The translations under genes were made by a program, and so were the position numbers. A stretch of DNA of 34,225 nucleotides. It comes from Octopus bimaculoides (taxonomy: Eukaryota). The DNA lies in the NCBI RefSeq assembly GCF_001194135.2, contig NC_068988.1:74628644-74662868 (forward strand). The letters are read 5' to 3'. The notes under the pieces were generated by a model. That model worked only from the letters and a program-made list of their open reading frames with translations. It made no database searches and was not told the DNA's origin. Below, piece by piece: positions 1 to 11,320 of the stretch; positions within the stretch are counted from its first letter, which is position 1, and the number at the start of each line of letters is the position of its first letter.

Positions 1-142
1 TGTTAAATAAGTTATCTACGAAGAATAATCTTTTAAAAAAACCAAATGAATAATATAAAAAACAAGAATACATATTATTTTCAAATAGTAAAAAATCATT
101 TAGCAAAGTAAAAACAGTACTTATCCATATGATTTTCTACTA

Positions 143-1022
143 GTGTGCATACCCGACAGAGTGTAAGTATCTTGAGAGAAAAGTTGAACATAAGAAGCAT
201 CAGCTGTGGTGTGCAAGAGAGACGATTGCGCTGGTATGGACATGTGGCGAGAATGGACGAGGATAGCTGCGTGAAAAAGTGCCACACCCTAACAGTTGCG
301 GGAACCCGTGGAAGAGGTAGGCCCAGGAAGACCTGGGCTGAGGTGGTGAGGCAAGACCTTCAAACATTGGGCCCCACTGAGGCGATGATTTCTGACCAAG
401 ACCTTTGGAAATATGCTGTGCGTGAGAAGACCCGGCAAGCCAAGTGAGACCTAAATCCAAGACCTCTGCCAGGGGTGTAGCCAGTCCACTTATGCATACC
501 TTCCTTCTTTGGACACTAAACTCCGCTTGCGAAGATCTGTTGAGACAAGTGAAATCGAAACCGAACTAAATTCGACAACTGGCACCCATGTCAACGTCGT
601 CTCCTTCATTGGGACACGAAACTCAGCTTGCGAAGACTTATTGGGGCAAGCAAAAGCGAAATCGGGATGGCACCTGTGCCCAGCGTCGCCTTTCTGGCAC
701 TTGTGCCTGTGGCATGTGTAATAGACTTTCGAGCGAGATTGTTGCCAGTGCCCCTGGACTGGCTCTTGTGCGGGTGGCACATAAAATACACCATTTGAGC
801 GTGGCCGTTGCCAGTACCGCCTTACTGGCCTTCGTGCAGGTGGCACGTAAAAGCACCCGCTACACTCTCAGAGTGGTTGGCATTAGGAAGGGCATCCAGC
901 TGTAGAAACTCTGCCAAATCATATTGGAGCCTGGTGTAGCCATCCGGTTTCACCAGTTCTCAGTCAAATCGTCCAACCCATGCTAGCTTGGAAAGCGAAC
1001 GTTAAACGATGATGATGATGAT
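143..1022 (+). mobile_element. 5'-truncated RTE-clade LINE: ORF2 C-terminus, 3' UTR and (GAT)n tail
   Basis: ORF 145-447 has LRWYGHVARM...GRGRPRKTW, typical of the RTE ORF2 C-terminus. The 3' UTR has internal repeats and ends in gttaaacgatgatgatgatg at about 1000-1022. CpGs are largely intact. Confidence 0.88.
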
Positions 1023-1124
1023 ATATAGGTAAGTAGAGTTAGCGGTTGGAATAACCGTCTAAGGAATAAGAATATCCACTATTACTATCAGTATATATTA
1101 CTTATGTTTATGTATGTAACTTAC

Positions 1125-1213
1125 CAGTTGATTCAAGACTGTCTTCAATCCAGCGTTTAGTACCCTGGTAGTTAAATTTACCACCACCAGTCAATAAAAA
1201 CACCAAATTATAT
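1125..1213 (-). CDS. NCLN: Nicalin coding exon (putative exon 7, 89 nt)
   Basis: TAG acceptor, GTAAGT donor at 1124-1119. The split codon AA|A gives Lys, then YNLVFLLTGGGKFNYQGTKRWIEDSLEST plus 1 nt; contains the nicalin signature GGGKFNYQGTKRW.ED. Confidence 0.96.
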
Positions 1214-1399
1214 CTATTGCATGATCAAGGAATACATGGTAATAACTAAAGAGACATAATAAACTCAAAATTACAAAAAGAAAACCTAAAAAGCTTAGCT
1301 TTTATTAACAATCACATTTTATCAAGATATCTTTGTGAAATGTTCTTTATCTCTTTTAATACAAGTCTTCTTCAAACCACTCGTGTTGCTGTAACACAA

Positions 1400-1619
1400 T
1401 ATCTAGTGATATTCCTACTTCCCTATGGTACCAGACAGTAACAACATCTAGCAATGTTGCTATTCATGTGCGGTATAACACAGAAATGACAACATCTAGT
1501 GATGTTACTACTTTTATGTCATACCAGATACATGGAGTAAATTATCAGAAAAAGAACAGTTCAATGGTACAACACTGGGCTACTTCAAACCATTGTTCCA
1601 GCTGTTACTACTCAGTAAA
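1400..1619. repeat. About 220-bp segment, copy 1 (direct copy at 3779-3997)
   Basis: Shares long identical blocks with 3779-3997, e.g. cagaaaaagaacagttcaatggtacaaca and gggctacttcaaaccattgttccagc. Contains an internal ~44-bp subrepeat (acaacatctagtgat...). Confidence 0.9.
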
Positions 1620-2309
1620 TCTATGTTCCAAAGACTAAATTAATTACTAGTTATTTTAATAAATTCTTTCGTTACTTTATGTTTTAATTGAAACAAAATC
1701 AATGTATTTCAACAGAAATATGGTAACAAAAGGGTTAATAGCAACTGATTTCTAACAATACAGGGAGATATGAAGATATAAGAAAAAACTCCATCTTTCT
1801 TTCTTTCAAAGAAAAAACAACCACTGATACTTACAAGGTAATGGTGGGTGCTATTGTATAACTAATGCAATAGCACCACCAGCCTACCACTGTTCAAAGG
1901 AAACAGATTTCTTTTCCTTTTTTATTCTGTCCCTGACATTGTACTATATACATACAGAATATTAACCAAGAAGAACAGTATAATTTTTATTCTTATGAGG
2001 TCAAAGTAGACTGTGGGATGTGAATCATAAATGAGAACTACTGAAAGATGAGTTTGCCTATTTCTCCCAGTCAGTGGGCTCCGAAGTGGACTAAGACAGC
2101 AGGAGTCTAGTGATTTATTTATACATACTGTACTGTTATTGTTTAGATCAGTGTGTCTTGTATATACATGGTTTAATGTTGTTTAGTTCACAGTGTTTTA
2201 AATATGTAAATCATTAACATTTAATGTCCATGTTCCATAAAGGCATGGGTTGGTGGTTTGAGAGGATTCAATGGGCCCAAGGACTGCATCAGGATACACA
2301 CACACACAC

Positions 2310-2880
2310 ACACTGTAGTCTTGTTACTACAGATACACTATAGTCTTGTTACTATAGATACACTATAGTCTTGTTACTATAGATACACTGCAGCCTTGTT
2401 ACTATAAACACACTGTAATCTTGTAACTACAGACATACTGTAGTCTTGCTACAAAAGATACACTGTAATCCTGTTACTAATAGATACACTGTAGTCCTGT
2501 CACTAAGAACACAATAGTCTTGTTACTATGTACACTGTAATCTTGTTACTATATATACACTGTAACCTTGTTAGCATAGACATGAGGGGAAGTCAAATTA
2601 TCTGCACTTTCACCATAACATATCTTTATTATTGTCATCCTGCCTTCTGCGCATGTGTGCTTATAGTTGACTATTCTGGTCATGTGACAGAAGTTTGAGC
2701 CTGATTGCGTCATTTTTCTTTCTGGCTTTACAGTGTAAGCAGTGTAACGATAGCAAAAGTATGTTATGGAGAAAGTGTGGATAATTTTTGACTCCTCATT
2801 GTACATCGTAGTCTTGCTACTATATACACACTGTAATCTTGTTACTATAGACACACTTTAATCTTGTTACTATACACACA
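2310..2880. repeat. About 25-bp minisatellite (acactgtagtcttgttactatagat)n interrupted by a MITE
   Basis: About 11 degenerate units at 2310-2581 and about 3 more at 2807-2880. Confidence 0.9.
2582..2799. mobile_element. MITE (~218 bp) with ~45-bp imperfect TIRs, mariner-like termini
   Basis: Left end atgaggggaagtcaaattatctgcactttcaccataacata; reverse complement of the right end atgaggagtcaaaaattatccacactttctccataacata. No coding capacity. A TA target duplication is not cleanly preserved. Confidence 0.75.
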
Positions 2881-3459
2881 TTGCAATATTATTGGTTGTT
2901 TTGTTCATCTTACATCATATTGACTAAGGTAAGTTCTTGGGTTCCACAGTAAATTTCACAGATATCAATTTCACTGATAAAAACTAATGAAAGCTGAGAA
3001 CTGTCATGTTGCTTGGGTTCTTAGTTGGGCTACTTTTGTGTACCTAGAGATGCCCTTTGTGTAAAATATAGAAATAGATATAGAAGAGTGCATTAAACTG
3101 AGAAGACAACTTCACTAGTACTGGTGCCATGATTAAAATACACCCAGTACACATTGTAAGTTAGTTGGTATGCGAAAAAAGCATCCAATTGTAGAAACCA
3201 TGCTAAAATGGGAGACATGGGAGTGAGACATGTCCCTGATGTATCTCAGACAGTAACTCTGAATAACGACTTAAACTGTAACATCCCATTTAAAACATGC
3301 CAGCACAAAAAGAGGACATGATAACAGTAAAACACAGTAAGATGGTGCACTTCACAGATAGGTAGACTGATGCTGACCATACTGTTGAGAATGAAACATT
3401 ATGTCAACTCCAATATACAGAATGAGAGTAAAAATGTAATGCAATTTAAAAAAGGATAC

Positions 3460-3563
3460 TTTGCATGTGTTCGAGAATTGGTGTAAAGTTTGGAGAAAAG
3501 ACGAGCCAATTCAAGAAGTGTAACTACTCCACTTCCATTGGAATCAGCTCCTTCAGACAAACC
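3460..3563 (-). CDS. NCLN: Nicalin coding exon (putative exon 6, 104 nt)
   Basis: CAG acceptor, GTATCC donor. Encodes GLSEGADSNGSGVVTLLELARLFSKLYTNSRTHA plus AA; contains the nicalin signature GADSNGSGV..LLELARLFS.LY. Confidence 0.96.
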
Positions 3564-3778
3564 CTGAAAGGTAAAACATTAAAGCAATAAGGCAAGGTTG
3601 GAGTAAATTCACCTTATTTCATATTTCAGTTTTAAAATTTGATTGGTAAACTGGATATAGAATCAAAAATACTGTGGAAAGAGAGAGAGAATGGTAGATG
3701 GGAAGTTATATTGACATTGCGTTGTAAACTGCAGACAGTCAGGTAAAGCATGGAACAATAATGTTGACAACAAAGAGA

Positions 3779-3997
3779 ACATCTAGTATTCCTATTTATA
3801 TGTGATACAACAAAGATAACAACATTTAGTGATATTCCTATTCATGTGTGGTACAACACAGAAATGACAACATCTAGTAATGTTACTACTTGTATGTCGT
3901 ACCAGATACATGGAATAAATTGTCAGAAAAAGAACAGTTCAATGGTACAACAATGGGCTACTTCAAACCATTGTTCCAGCCATTACTACTCAGTAAA
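3779..3997. repeat. About 220-bp segment, copy 2
   Basis: Direct repeat of 1400-1619, roughly 85-90% identical by eye. Confidence 0.9.
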
Positions 3998-4260
3998 ACA
4001 ACTATAAAAATAGCTACAAAGCAAGTTCCTATATAATTGACTGGCTTGCTCAATGAAGTGGAACAAATCTATTAAATTAATAATTGGTTTAGAAGATATC
4101 AAACATTTATTACACAACACAAGCCAGCAGGACAACCACTTCGAGGTAATTTAACCCACTAGATATAGCAGCTAAATCACACCTTACCTGGGTATGTGAT
4201 GTACAAATATACAAAGTGTAGGCTGTAGGTATTAAGTAAATTACAAGACAATAAGAATAC

Positions 4261-4442
4261 TGGTTTCAAATTTTGGCACAAGGCTAGCAATTTCAGTGCT
4301 CAACTGGTACTTATTTTATTGACCCTGAAAGCATGAAAGGCTAAGTTGACTGCAATTGATTTGAACTCAGAATGTAAAGACAGATGAAATGCTGCTAAGC
4401 ATTTTGCCTGGTGTGCTAACAATCCTAACAGTTTGCTGCCTT
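4261..4442 (-). mobile_element. tRNA-derived SINE, decayed
   Basis: The minus strand has a B-box-like gagttcaaatc and a degenerate A-box-like region near the 5' end. Resembles an abundant octopus SINE (recalled); almost no CpG remains. Confidence 0.6.
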
Positions 4443-4677
4443 AGAATATGTAAAAATATTGACAACAAAATATATGTATCTAGACATTCATATAAACATG
4501 AACACATATACATGGTCATGAATAGAACCCCTTCGATCAGAAATCAGCACAATAATAAACAGTAACAACACTAAAATGAAAATACAATGTTACAGATAAA
4601 AAAATATTCCTTACTTATATAGTCCTTCAAAACAAAAGCAAAAATAATGACAATGAAAATAGTTAGAGTGTACTTAC

Positions 4678-4761
4678 TGGTGCAATACCCATAGAATCAT
4701 AATGAGCAACTATGATGACACTGGGCAACTGTTCTTCAATACCGTAACCTGCCAACCGACC
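4678..4761 (-). CDS. NCLN: Nicalin coding exon (putative exon 5, 84 nt), start of the M28 peptidase-like domain
   Basis: CAG acceptor at 4764-4762, GTAAGT donor at 4677-4672. Encodes GRLAGYGIEEQLPSVIIVAHYDSMGIAP (AHYD motif); phase 0/0. Confidence 0.95.
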
Positions 4762-4809
4762 CTGTAAAAGGAGGAGAACAATAACAACAACAACATCACA
4801 TTTAGGCAG

Positions 4810-7380
4810 CAAGAAAGACAGGAAATGAATGAACAAAGACATCAAAATTTGGCACTAAAAATGATTATACCACACATCAACATCTTAAATGCCATTCTGG
4901 GAAATAATTGCAGCAAGGATAACAATGATGGAGATGGTGAAATGAAAAAGAAAAGTCTCTCTGGCCCAGTAAACCCTCAAAAGATCAAAGCCAAATCTAT
5001 GATCAAAAGGCCTTCAAAAGAAGGCAACATCAATGACACTAGCCCTTCCTCCACCACTGCAGACAGTCAGAGAGATGAGGGGCTGAAAAATGGACACAAA
5101 AACAAAATGAAGACAAAACAAAAGCTTCCAGAAATAACCAAGAGCAACAAGAAAAAGTAAAAGAAAAAAAAGTAAATCCCCCAAGATAAAAAAACAACCC
5201 AGGCTGACCTCCAAAATAAAAGAAAAAACAAACTTTGGAGCATAAAAGAAGACCAACATTGTGGGAAAAAGAAATAGGAGATACAAAAGTGGCAACATAT
5301 GCTGATTTTACCTGCAAGAAAACTACTGACATAGAGACAATGGTACAAACTGCCATTCTGCACATCTAAAGCCCTGCCATACATGCACGGGCCTGGACCA
5401 GAACTTCTTTCCAGAAGAAGCACAAAAGAGAAGCACCAAAGAAGAAATCACTCACTGTATGCTCCTAAAAGACGATTTGTAGGCATAGTGTGTGCTACTT
5501 CAAACAACCAGCTTCACACAGATGTGGAAAGGGCAGCAACTGAACAAAAATATTTTTGTGTATGGTACAAAAGATTGTGCAGCAGCTGATCCGACTATGT
5601 CAAACACAGACTTGGAACCACACCCATCACCATACGATGCCACCACAGTTGATAGATACAGGATGGCCACCACTAACACCAGCACATGCATCACACCAAT
5701 ATTTCTATTGAATATCAGATATCTGTTGCACCTGAAAGAAACAAAAATCTCTTTCCTGAGAGACCTCATTGTATGCAATCAAACTCTGTGTATAGCACTC
5801 ATGGAAACGCATCATAGACCTGATATAGGAGTTGGTACTGAAGTATGTTGAATTATGAATTTACAGAAGATAAAGGAACCATGGTGGAGTTGCAGTATAC
5901 ATCTGTGAGAATCTCATGCTCTAAGTCCTGTTGTTATATTCAAATTCAGTATGTGACACTCAAATTGTACACATAAGACAACTTGATATTGTTTTATGTA
6001 CTATATATCACCCACTGGATGCTCCAAATAACACAAGCAAGTTTGAAGACTGCCTCACAATAGAAGTTTTCACTAAATTGTAACAACACATCAGTGTATT
6101 TCTTGGAGGTGACTTCAACTTCCCCAGTGTGGGATGGCCCAAGTGTTTCACGTTCCCTGGAATAACACATGACCAACATGCACAAGTGGAGTCGCTGCTC
6201 AACCTTACCAATGCTTTATTCATTGAACAAATTGTACTCCAACCAATCAGGGCAAATAATATACTGGATCTCTGTTTCACAAACAATATGCATATTATCC
6301 GTAACATGCAAGTGACGCTGACGCTAGTCTCAGATCACAATATGATAGAGCTGACTATGTATGGCCCAAAAGAAGTTGCACACATACAACCTATATAAAG
6401 CTCCTGAAATTTCTCCAGTCTGAACTTTCATAAAGCAAACTGGAAATCGATTCAGAAAGAAATCCTCAAACAGGATTGTTCTAAACATCTCGCCACACCA
6501 GACATCAACATGAAATTTAAATATTTCATGTCCATAATGCAAGCCATAAAATCTGTCCCAACACACACAAGAATGAGATCCTGAGGGAGAGGAAAATTCA
6601 TGAGACTACAGGTAAAGACTGCAAACCGCTAAAATAAACATTCTCAAAATACTGAAAAGACCTGCCTGAAAACAACAATGATGGAAACTGAGAAAAGTCT
6701 GCACCAATCCCATAAAAAAAGAGAGCAGATAAAGAAGCTTGGGTTATAAAAAGTATAAAGTCAAACCCTAAAGCTTTCTTTAACTCTGCCAAAGAAACAA
6801 CTTTAGTACACAAGAAAGGGCCCCGTCTTCCAAAAGGATGGCTCCCTCACAGGAAACCCAATGAGGATACGTGAAATACTAAATAAACAGTTCAAAAGTG
6901 TCTTCACTACCCTGTTAGGCTGTAAAAATTTATTACATTGACATCAAAGAAGAAAATGTAATACTGGCCACGAGGTAGACACAAACTCAGCTGCTGGCTC
7001 TGATGGATTTCCAGCAATCTTTCTCAAATCATGCAGATGAGTCCTAGCAAAACCACTGCAGTTCTTTCTTAAAGAACATCCTTGCAAGTGTTAAGCTCCT
7101 AGAGGAATTGAAGGAGAGAATAATATGCCCTATCCATAAAGAGGAAGCACAGCAGAAGTTAAAAACTATAGGGCTTTCTCTCTGACCTCACACATCAGCA
7201 AAGTCATGGAACGAATAGCCTGAAGGAAAATAACTCCATTTCTTGAAGAGAATGACAACTCAAATGTGAATGTGACATATCTTGACCTTGCAAAAGACTT
7301 TGATAAAATTGAGCATGGTATGATATGTCACAAGCTGTGTGATCTTGGCATAGTCAGAAAACTTGGAGAATGGCTACATG
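4810..7380 (+). mobile_element. Decayed CR1-group LINE: ORF1-like region, APE endonuclease and partial RT
   Basis: APE motifs LLNIR...CIALMETH, VFLGGDFNFP and NILDLCFTN...SDHNMI. RT pieces EILNKQFKSVFT, GSDGFPAIFLKSC, PIHKRGS...NYRAFSLTSHISKVMERI and YLDLAKDFDKIEH. Many stops and frameshifts; the 5' boundary is uncertain. Confidence 0.82.
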
Positions 7381-7867
7381 AGGTGATGGAGAAAGTTGTG
7401 AGGTCCTGGATAGACAGAGTATGCAACGGAAGACCATATGTCTCCCAACAAGATTCCATGCTGTCGCATAAGGCTAGGACAATCCAAGCACGGATGCGTA
7501 CCAATCTTCACGATCATGTTCTCCCAGACACATGGCCTCCTAGCTCACCAGACCTTAATCCAATGAACTATTATGTATGGGTTGTTGTCAAGAGAGAGGT
7601 CAATCAACACTCCTATAACACCATAACTCTCAAGCCTGCTATAACCAGCATTAGATCCAAAATAGATAAAAATCATCTGGTTTGGGCATTTCTCACTCCA
7701 TATTGAAGTAGTCATTGATGCTAACAATGGATTCAATGAACAGGCAAGATAAAAGAATTCTTACGATTATTTGTAACAATTTTTGTTTTCAAGCATGTTT
7801 TATTTGATGAGCTATGCATCTTTTTCTAAATTCATACAAATGACCTAAAAAAAGTTGATGCACCCTG
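7381..7867 (+). mobile_element. 3' half of a Tc1/mariner-superfamily transposon (maT/DD37D-like)
   Basis: Encodes PYVSQQDSMLSHKARTIQ...WPPSSPDLNPMNYYVW (decayed QQD and SPDLNP.D catalytic motifs). Ends ...gatgcaccctg followed by TA at 7868-7869. Confidence 0.8.
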
Positions 7868-8803
7868 TATATGTGTATGTGTGAGTATATATCTATGTGT
7901 GCGTATGTATATATAAATATATGAATATATGTGTATACCAGCATGCTTTCTCTCTATGTGCATACACTTTTTATTTGTATACCAAGAACTTGCTTGCCAT
8001 TTGACTAGCCTCTTAGTTGTCAGTCTGACTAGAATCCTTATGTAGACAGTTTTATACACTCCTAAATGGCTTTTGATTTCCCTTTCTCTGGCTTTTCGAT
8101 TCTATCACTTTCTATCTGTTTCCATTCCCTTTTTCTGTCGGGGTTATTATGACCAGTCATATGTACAATGTGTTTTAACAAACATGTTCTGTCTCTATGT
8201 TTTATGTATGTATATAAAATATACATATATGCTTACACATATATATACACAAAATTATCCATATTTCTGGGAGTGGCTTTACTCTTCTAACTCTATACTC
8301 CATTTCTGACATTTCTATATTTTTTACCACAGTGATCTTTTCTTTAAATATGTATGCTTTTCTAAATAAAATTCCATTTAATTCTTGACAGTCCGATAAA
8401 GCTATAAGGTCATACACAAGCACTCAGTTGTGAGTGCAGTGCATCATATAGTTCATCTAATTTCTTCTTCACTCGTCATTTATTTAATTTGTGTGTGTGG
8501 TGGGGGAGTACAATTGGCTATACTGCATGTGTTCTTGTTTCTTGAATATGCACACAGTATTCTCGTATGTCTTTAGCGATGACTGAAAAGGCAGGCATCA
8601 AAAAGTGCATTCAGCCTTAAAAAGTCCCGTCCAATCCATGTCACCAAGAGAAAATAGACATAAGAATAATAATAATGGTATTCAAATAATATAATTAATA
8701 AACAACATAAGAGAAAAAAAAATATAAACAAAAGTGATGGTAGTGTTGCAGCACTGTAATAACAGGAAGCAGTAGAAGAGTAAGAAGGGTTATATTTCTA
8801 TAC

Positions 8804-8898
8804 CTGAATGTTAGTGATTTGAAAATCTGGGAGAGCTTTAGCCTGAGCTCCACTAACCACCATCTGGAAACCATTTGCTGAAGCAGCACTTAACAGGG
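8804..8898 (-). CDS. NCLN: Nicalin coding exon (putative exon 4, 95 nt)
   Basis: TAG acceptor, GTATAG donor. The split codon G|CC gives Ala, then LLSAASANGFQMVVSGAQAKALPDFQITNIQ, containing the nicalin ANGFQMV motif. Confidence 0.94.
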
Positions 8899-9324
8899 CT
8901 AGGTAAAAAAATTAAAGAAATGAAATTAAGACAATTCAGATACTGTTGAAAAAGTGCTTTTTTCAACTTTTTAATTCAATAATAATTCATTTTATACCTT
9001 AACACATTTGTAATATTGTTTCATGTGCTATTTAAAAACTTTAAAACTTCTATTTCCTAAATCTTATTATGTAAAACCAGGTTCTAATGATTGACAGCTA
9101 GTTTTTAGTTCAAGTTTCCTGATGTTAAATAGCTGACAGAGGAAGTGACACCTAGACAACACACTAGTCTATCTTGGCAAACATTCCTATATCATCTGAA
9201 GTCTATACATTACAGAAAGGATGAAATGTACAACAAAATACTTAAAGTGAATTTTAATCAGACACCTCTAAGCTCACCTGGCCACCTTGCCCCCACTGGT
9301 ACTATTTTGTAATTTTAAACTAAT

Positions 9325-9738
9325 GGAGTGGCTGTGTGGTTAAGAAGCTTGCTTCTCAACCATGTAGTCTCAGGTTCAGTCCCACAGCATGGCAATTTCA
9401 ACAAGTACTTTTGCTATTGCCCTAGGTTGACTGAAGTCTTGTAAGTGAATTTGGTAGACTGAAACTGAAAGAAGCCCATCACATGTGTGTGTGTACATGT
9501 ATTATGTCTTGACATTGTATGAAAATTGTAGATGAGTGTCACCATCATACAATATCCTTTGTTTCCAGTCTTCTGTAAAAACATGTCTGACCATGGAGAA
9601 ATATTACCTTGTTTGGAAATAGATGAGGGTTAGTGTCAAGAAGAACATTCAACTGGAGAAAGTCTACCACAACAAATTCCATCTGACCCTTATAAGCATG
9701 CAAAAGTGGACATTAATCAATGATGGTGATTGATGATG
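9325..9738 (+). mobile_element. tRNA-derived SINE with an RTE-like 3' tail
   Basis: A-box-like tggctgtgtggt and B-box-like ggttcagtccc (9373-9383), a body with gaaactgaaagaagccc, and a 3' end resembling the RTE tail with a degenerate (GAT)n. Confidence 0.7.
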
Positions 9739-10146
9739 TGTGGCAATACTGTGGTATATCTAGACATTACTATTGGGGCAATAACATATCAATACACAAT
9801 AGAACTCCAGTCCGCTACTCGAAAGGTAATTCATTCTTTTACATCAGTTTTTCCATTGGTTAGATGAACATGTGTTAAAGTATTGTTCTATAGCTGGTTG
9901 CCATTCCTGTTGCTTCAACTTTATAAGTAAAAAAGCTACAAGACTATTTGTTAACAGGAAATGTCAACAAATATCACCAGCTTTGGTGTAACACTTCCAA
10001 GCAAGGATCTGAAATGTTAAATTGCACAACATGCCTGCGTGTGCACACATACACACAGAGTTTACTTTGAAGCATCTCAATTCAAAATTTTGCATCCATC
10101 AGGAATTTCTGCTCTAACTCATCTACAGATTCTGCTATAAAAAATA

Positions 10147-10715
10147 CTAGGTGCGTTCCAGAAGTTTTGAGTAGAGGTTGGTATAAGTTTGCTAGATTAT
10201 TGCCTACCAACTATTTTTTCCATTCCAGATTGAAGGAGACAGCTGTAATAGCACTTTGAACACAGCTTACTAAACACTGCTTGTCACAACTGATTAGTTT
10301 CCAGAATGCAATCAGGACATGAAGACAACTTGAAAGCTGGTTATGCAATAAGGTTGTGTAAAACTGGGCAAAAATATTACCAAAACTTATGAAATGCTAC
10401 AGACTGTTTATGGATTAACTTGTATGAAGTAGACACTTCACAGAGAATGGCATCAAAACTGACCTTCACCCTCCCAATAGTCCAGACCTTGCTCCCTGTG
10501 ACTTTTGGTTGTTTCCCCAAGCTGAAGGAGGCTGTGACAAGGGTGCTGGGCACCTTCACTTTGAAGGACTTCCATGGGCCTTCATGAAGTGACTGGAGCA
10601 CTGCAAGTGCACTGAAATTAGAGGTTCCCACTTTGAAGGAGATTAAAGTTTGTACTTCTTAAAACTAATAAACATCTCTCGTGAAAAGGTCTCAAAACTT
10701 CTTGAATGCACTTTG
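10147..10715 (+). mobile_element. Internally deleted mariner element (569 bp) with TIRs and a TA target duplication
   Basis: Left TA|ctaggtgcgttccagaagttttgag; reverse complement of the right end TA|caaagtgcattcaagaagttttgag. Internal remnants: KLGKNITKTYEMLQTVYG (N-terminal HTH) and HPPNSPDLAPCDFWLFPKLK (third catalytic D motif). Confidence 0.9.
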
Positions 10716-11320
10716 TAAGTCATCAGCATTACAAAAGATCCCAATGACAAAAAAATAAGTTATCAAATTTGTCACAATATGTATTCCAACTATTTATATA
10801 ATTATTATGGTTAGAAATCACCATCACTGTTATCATCATCATTGTTATTATTATTAATCTTCCAGAATTAATCAAGTATTCCTGGGTTGATTCAATTAAC
10901 TATATTTTTGCCAGACTTTTGTAGTCATCATTATCTTTCTGATAGATTCATGGTAATTTCTGCTGCATCACCAGGTGTATGCAACAATGTTTTAGGGCAA
11001 TGCAAATCTGTGTTAGTATGTTACACCAGTTTAACATAGCCAAGGGGTTTAGCTTGTTTCTGGTGCTATTTCAGTGTTTTCAGTTGGGTAAAACAAATGC
11101 AGCGCGTGTTGTTTTGTTAGGTGGTGTTGTATGTGATGTGTGGTTGCTATAACATTAATAGATTGCAGCAGTGTATTGTGGGAGTTTCAGCCATAATAGC
11201 ATTGGTCATTAAGGATGAGGTTTTGAGCCATTTTGGTGGACCATGTGTGACCATGTTATTTTATTGGGTGGTTATAAGGTATGCATTCTGTGCAGAAAGT
11301 GAGCTAAATTGTGCTTATTA

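Noticed and set aside
2310-2880. CRISPR-like or coding repeat (ORF 2549-2854)
   Set aside because: A degenerate minisatellite plus a MITE; the ORF is incidental.
9325-9400. tRNA gene
   Set aside because: A/B-box-like motifs are present, but there is no cloverleaf and the sequence continues into a SINE body; the same applies to 31900-31973.
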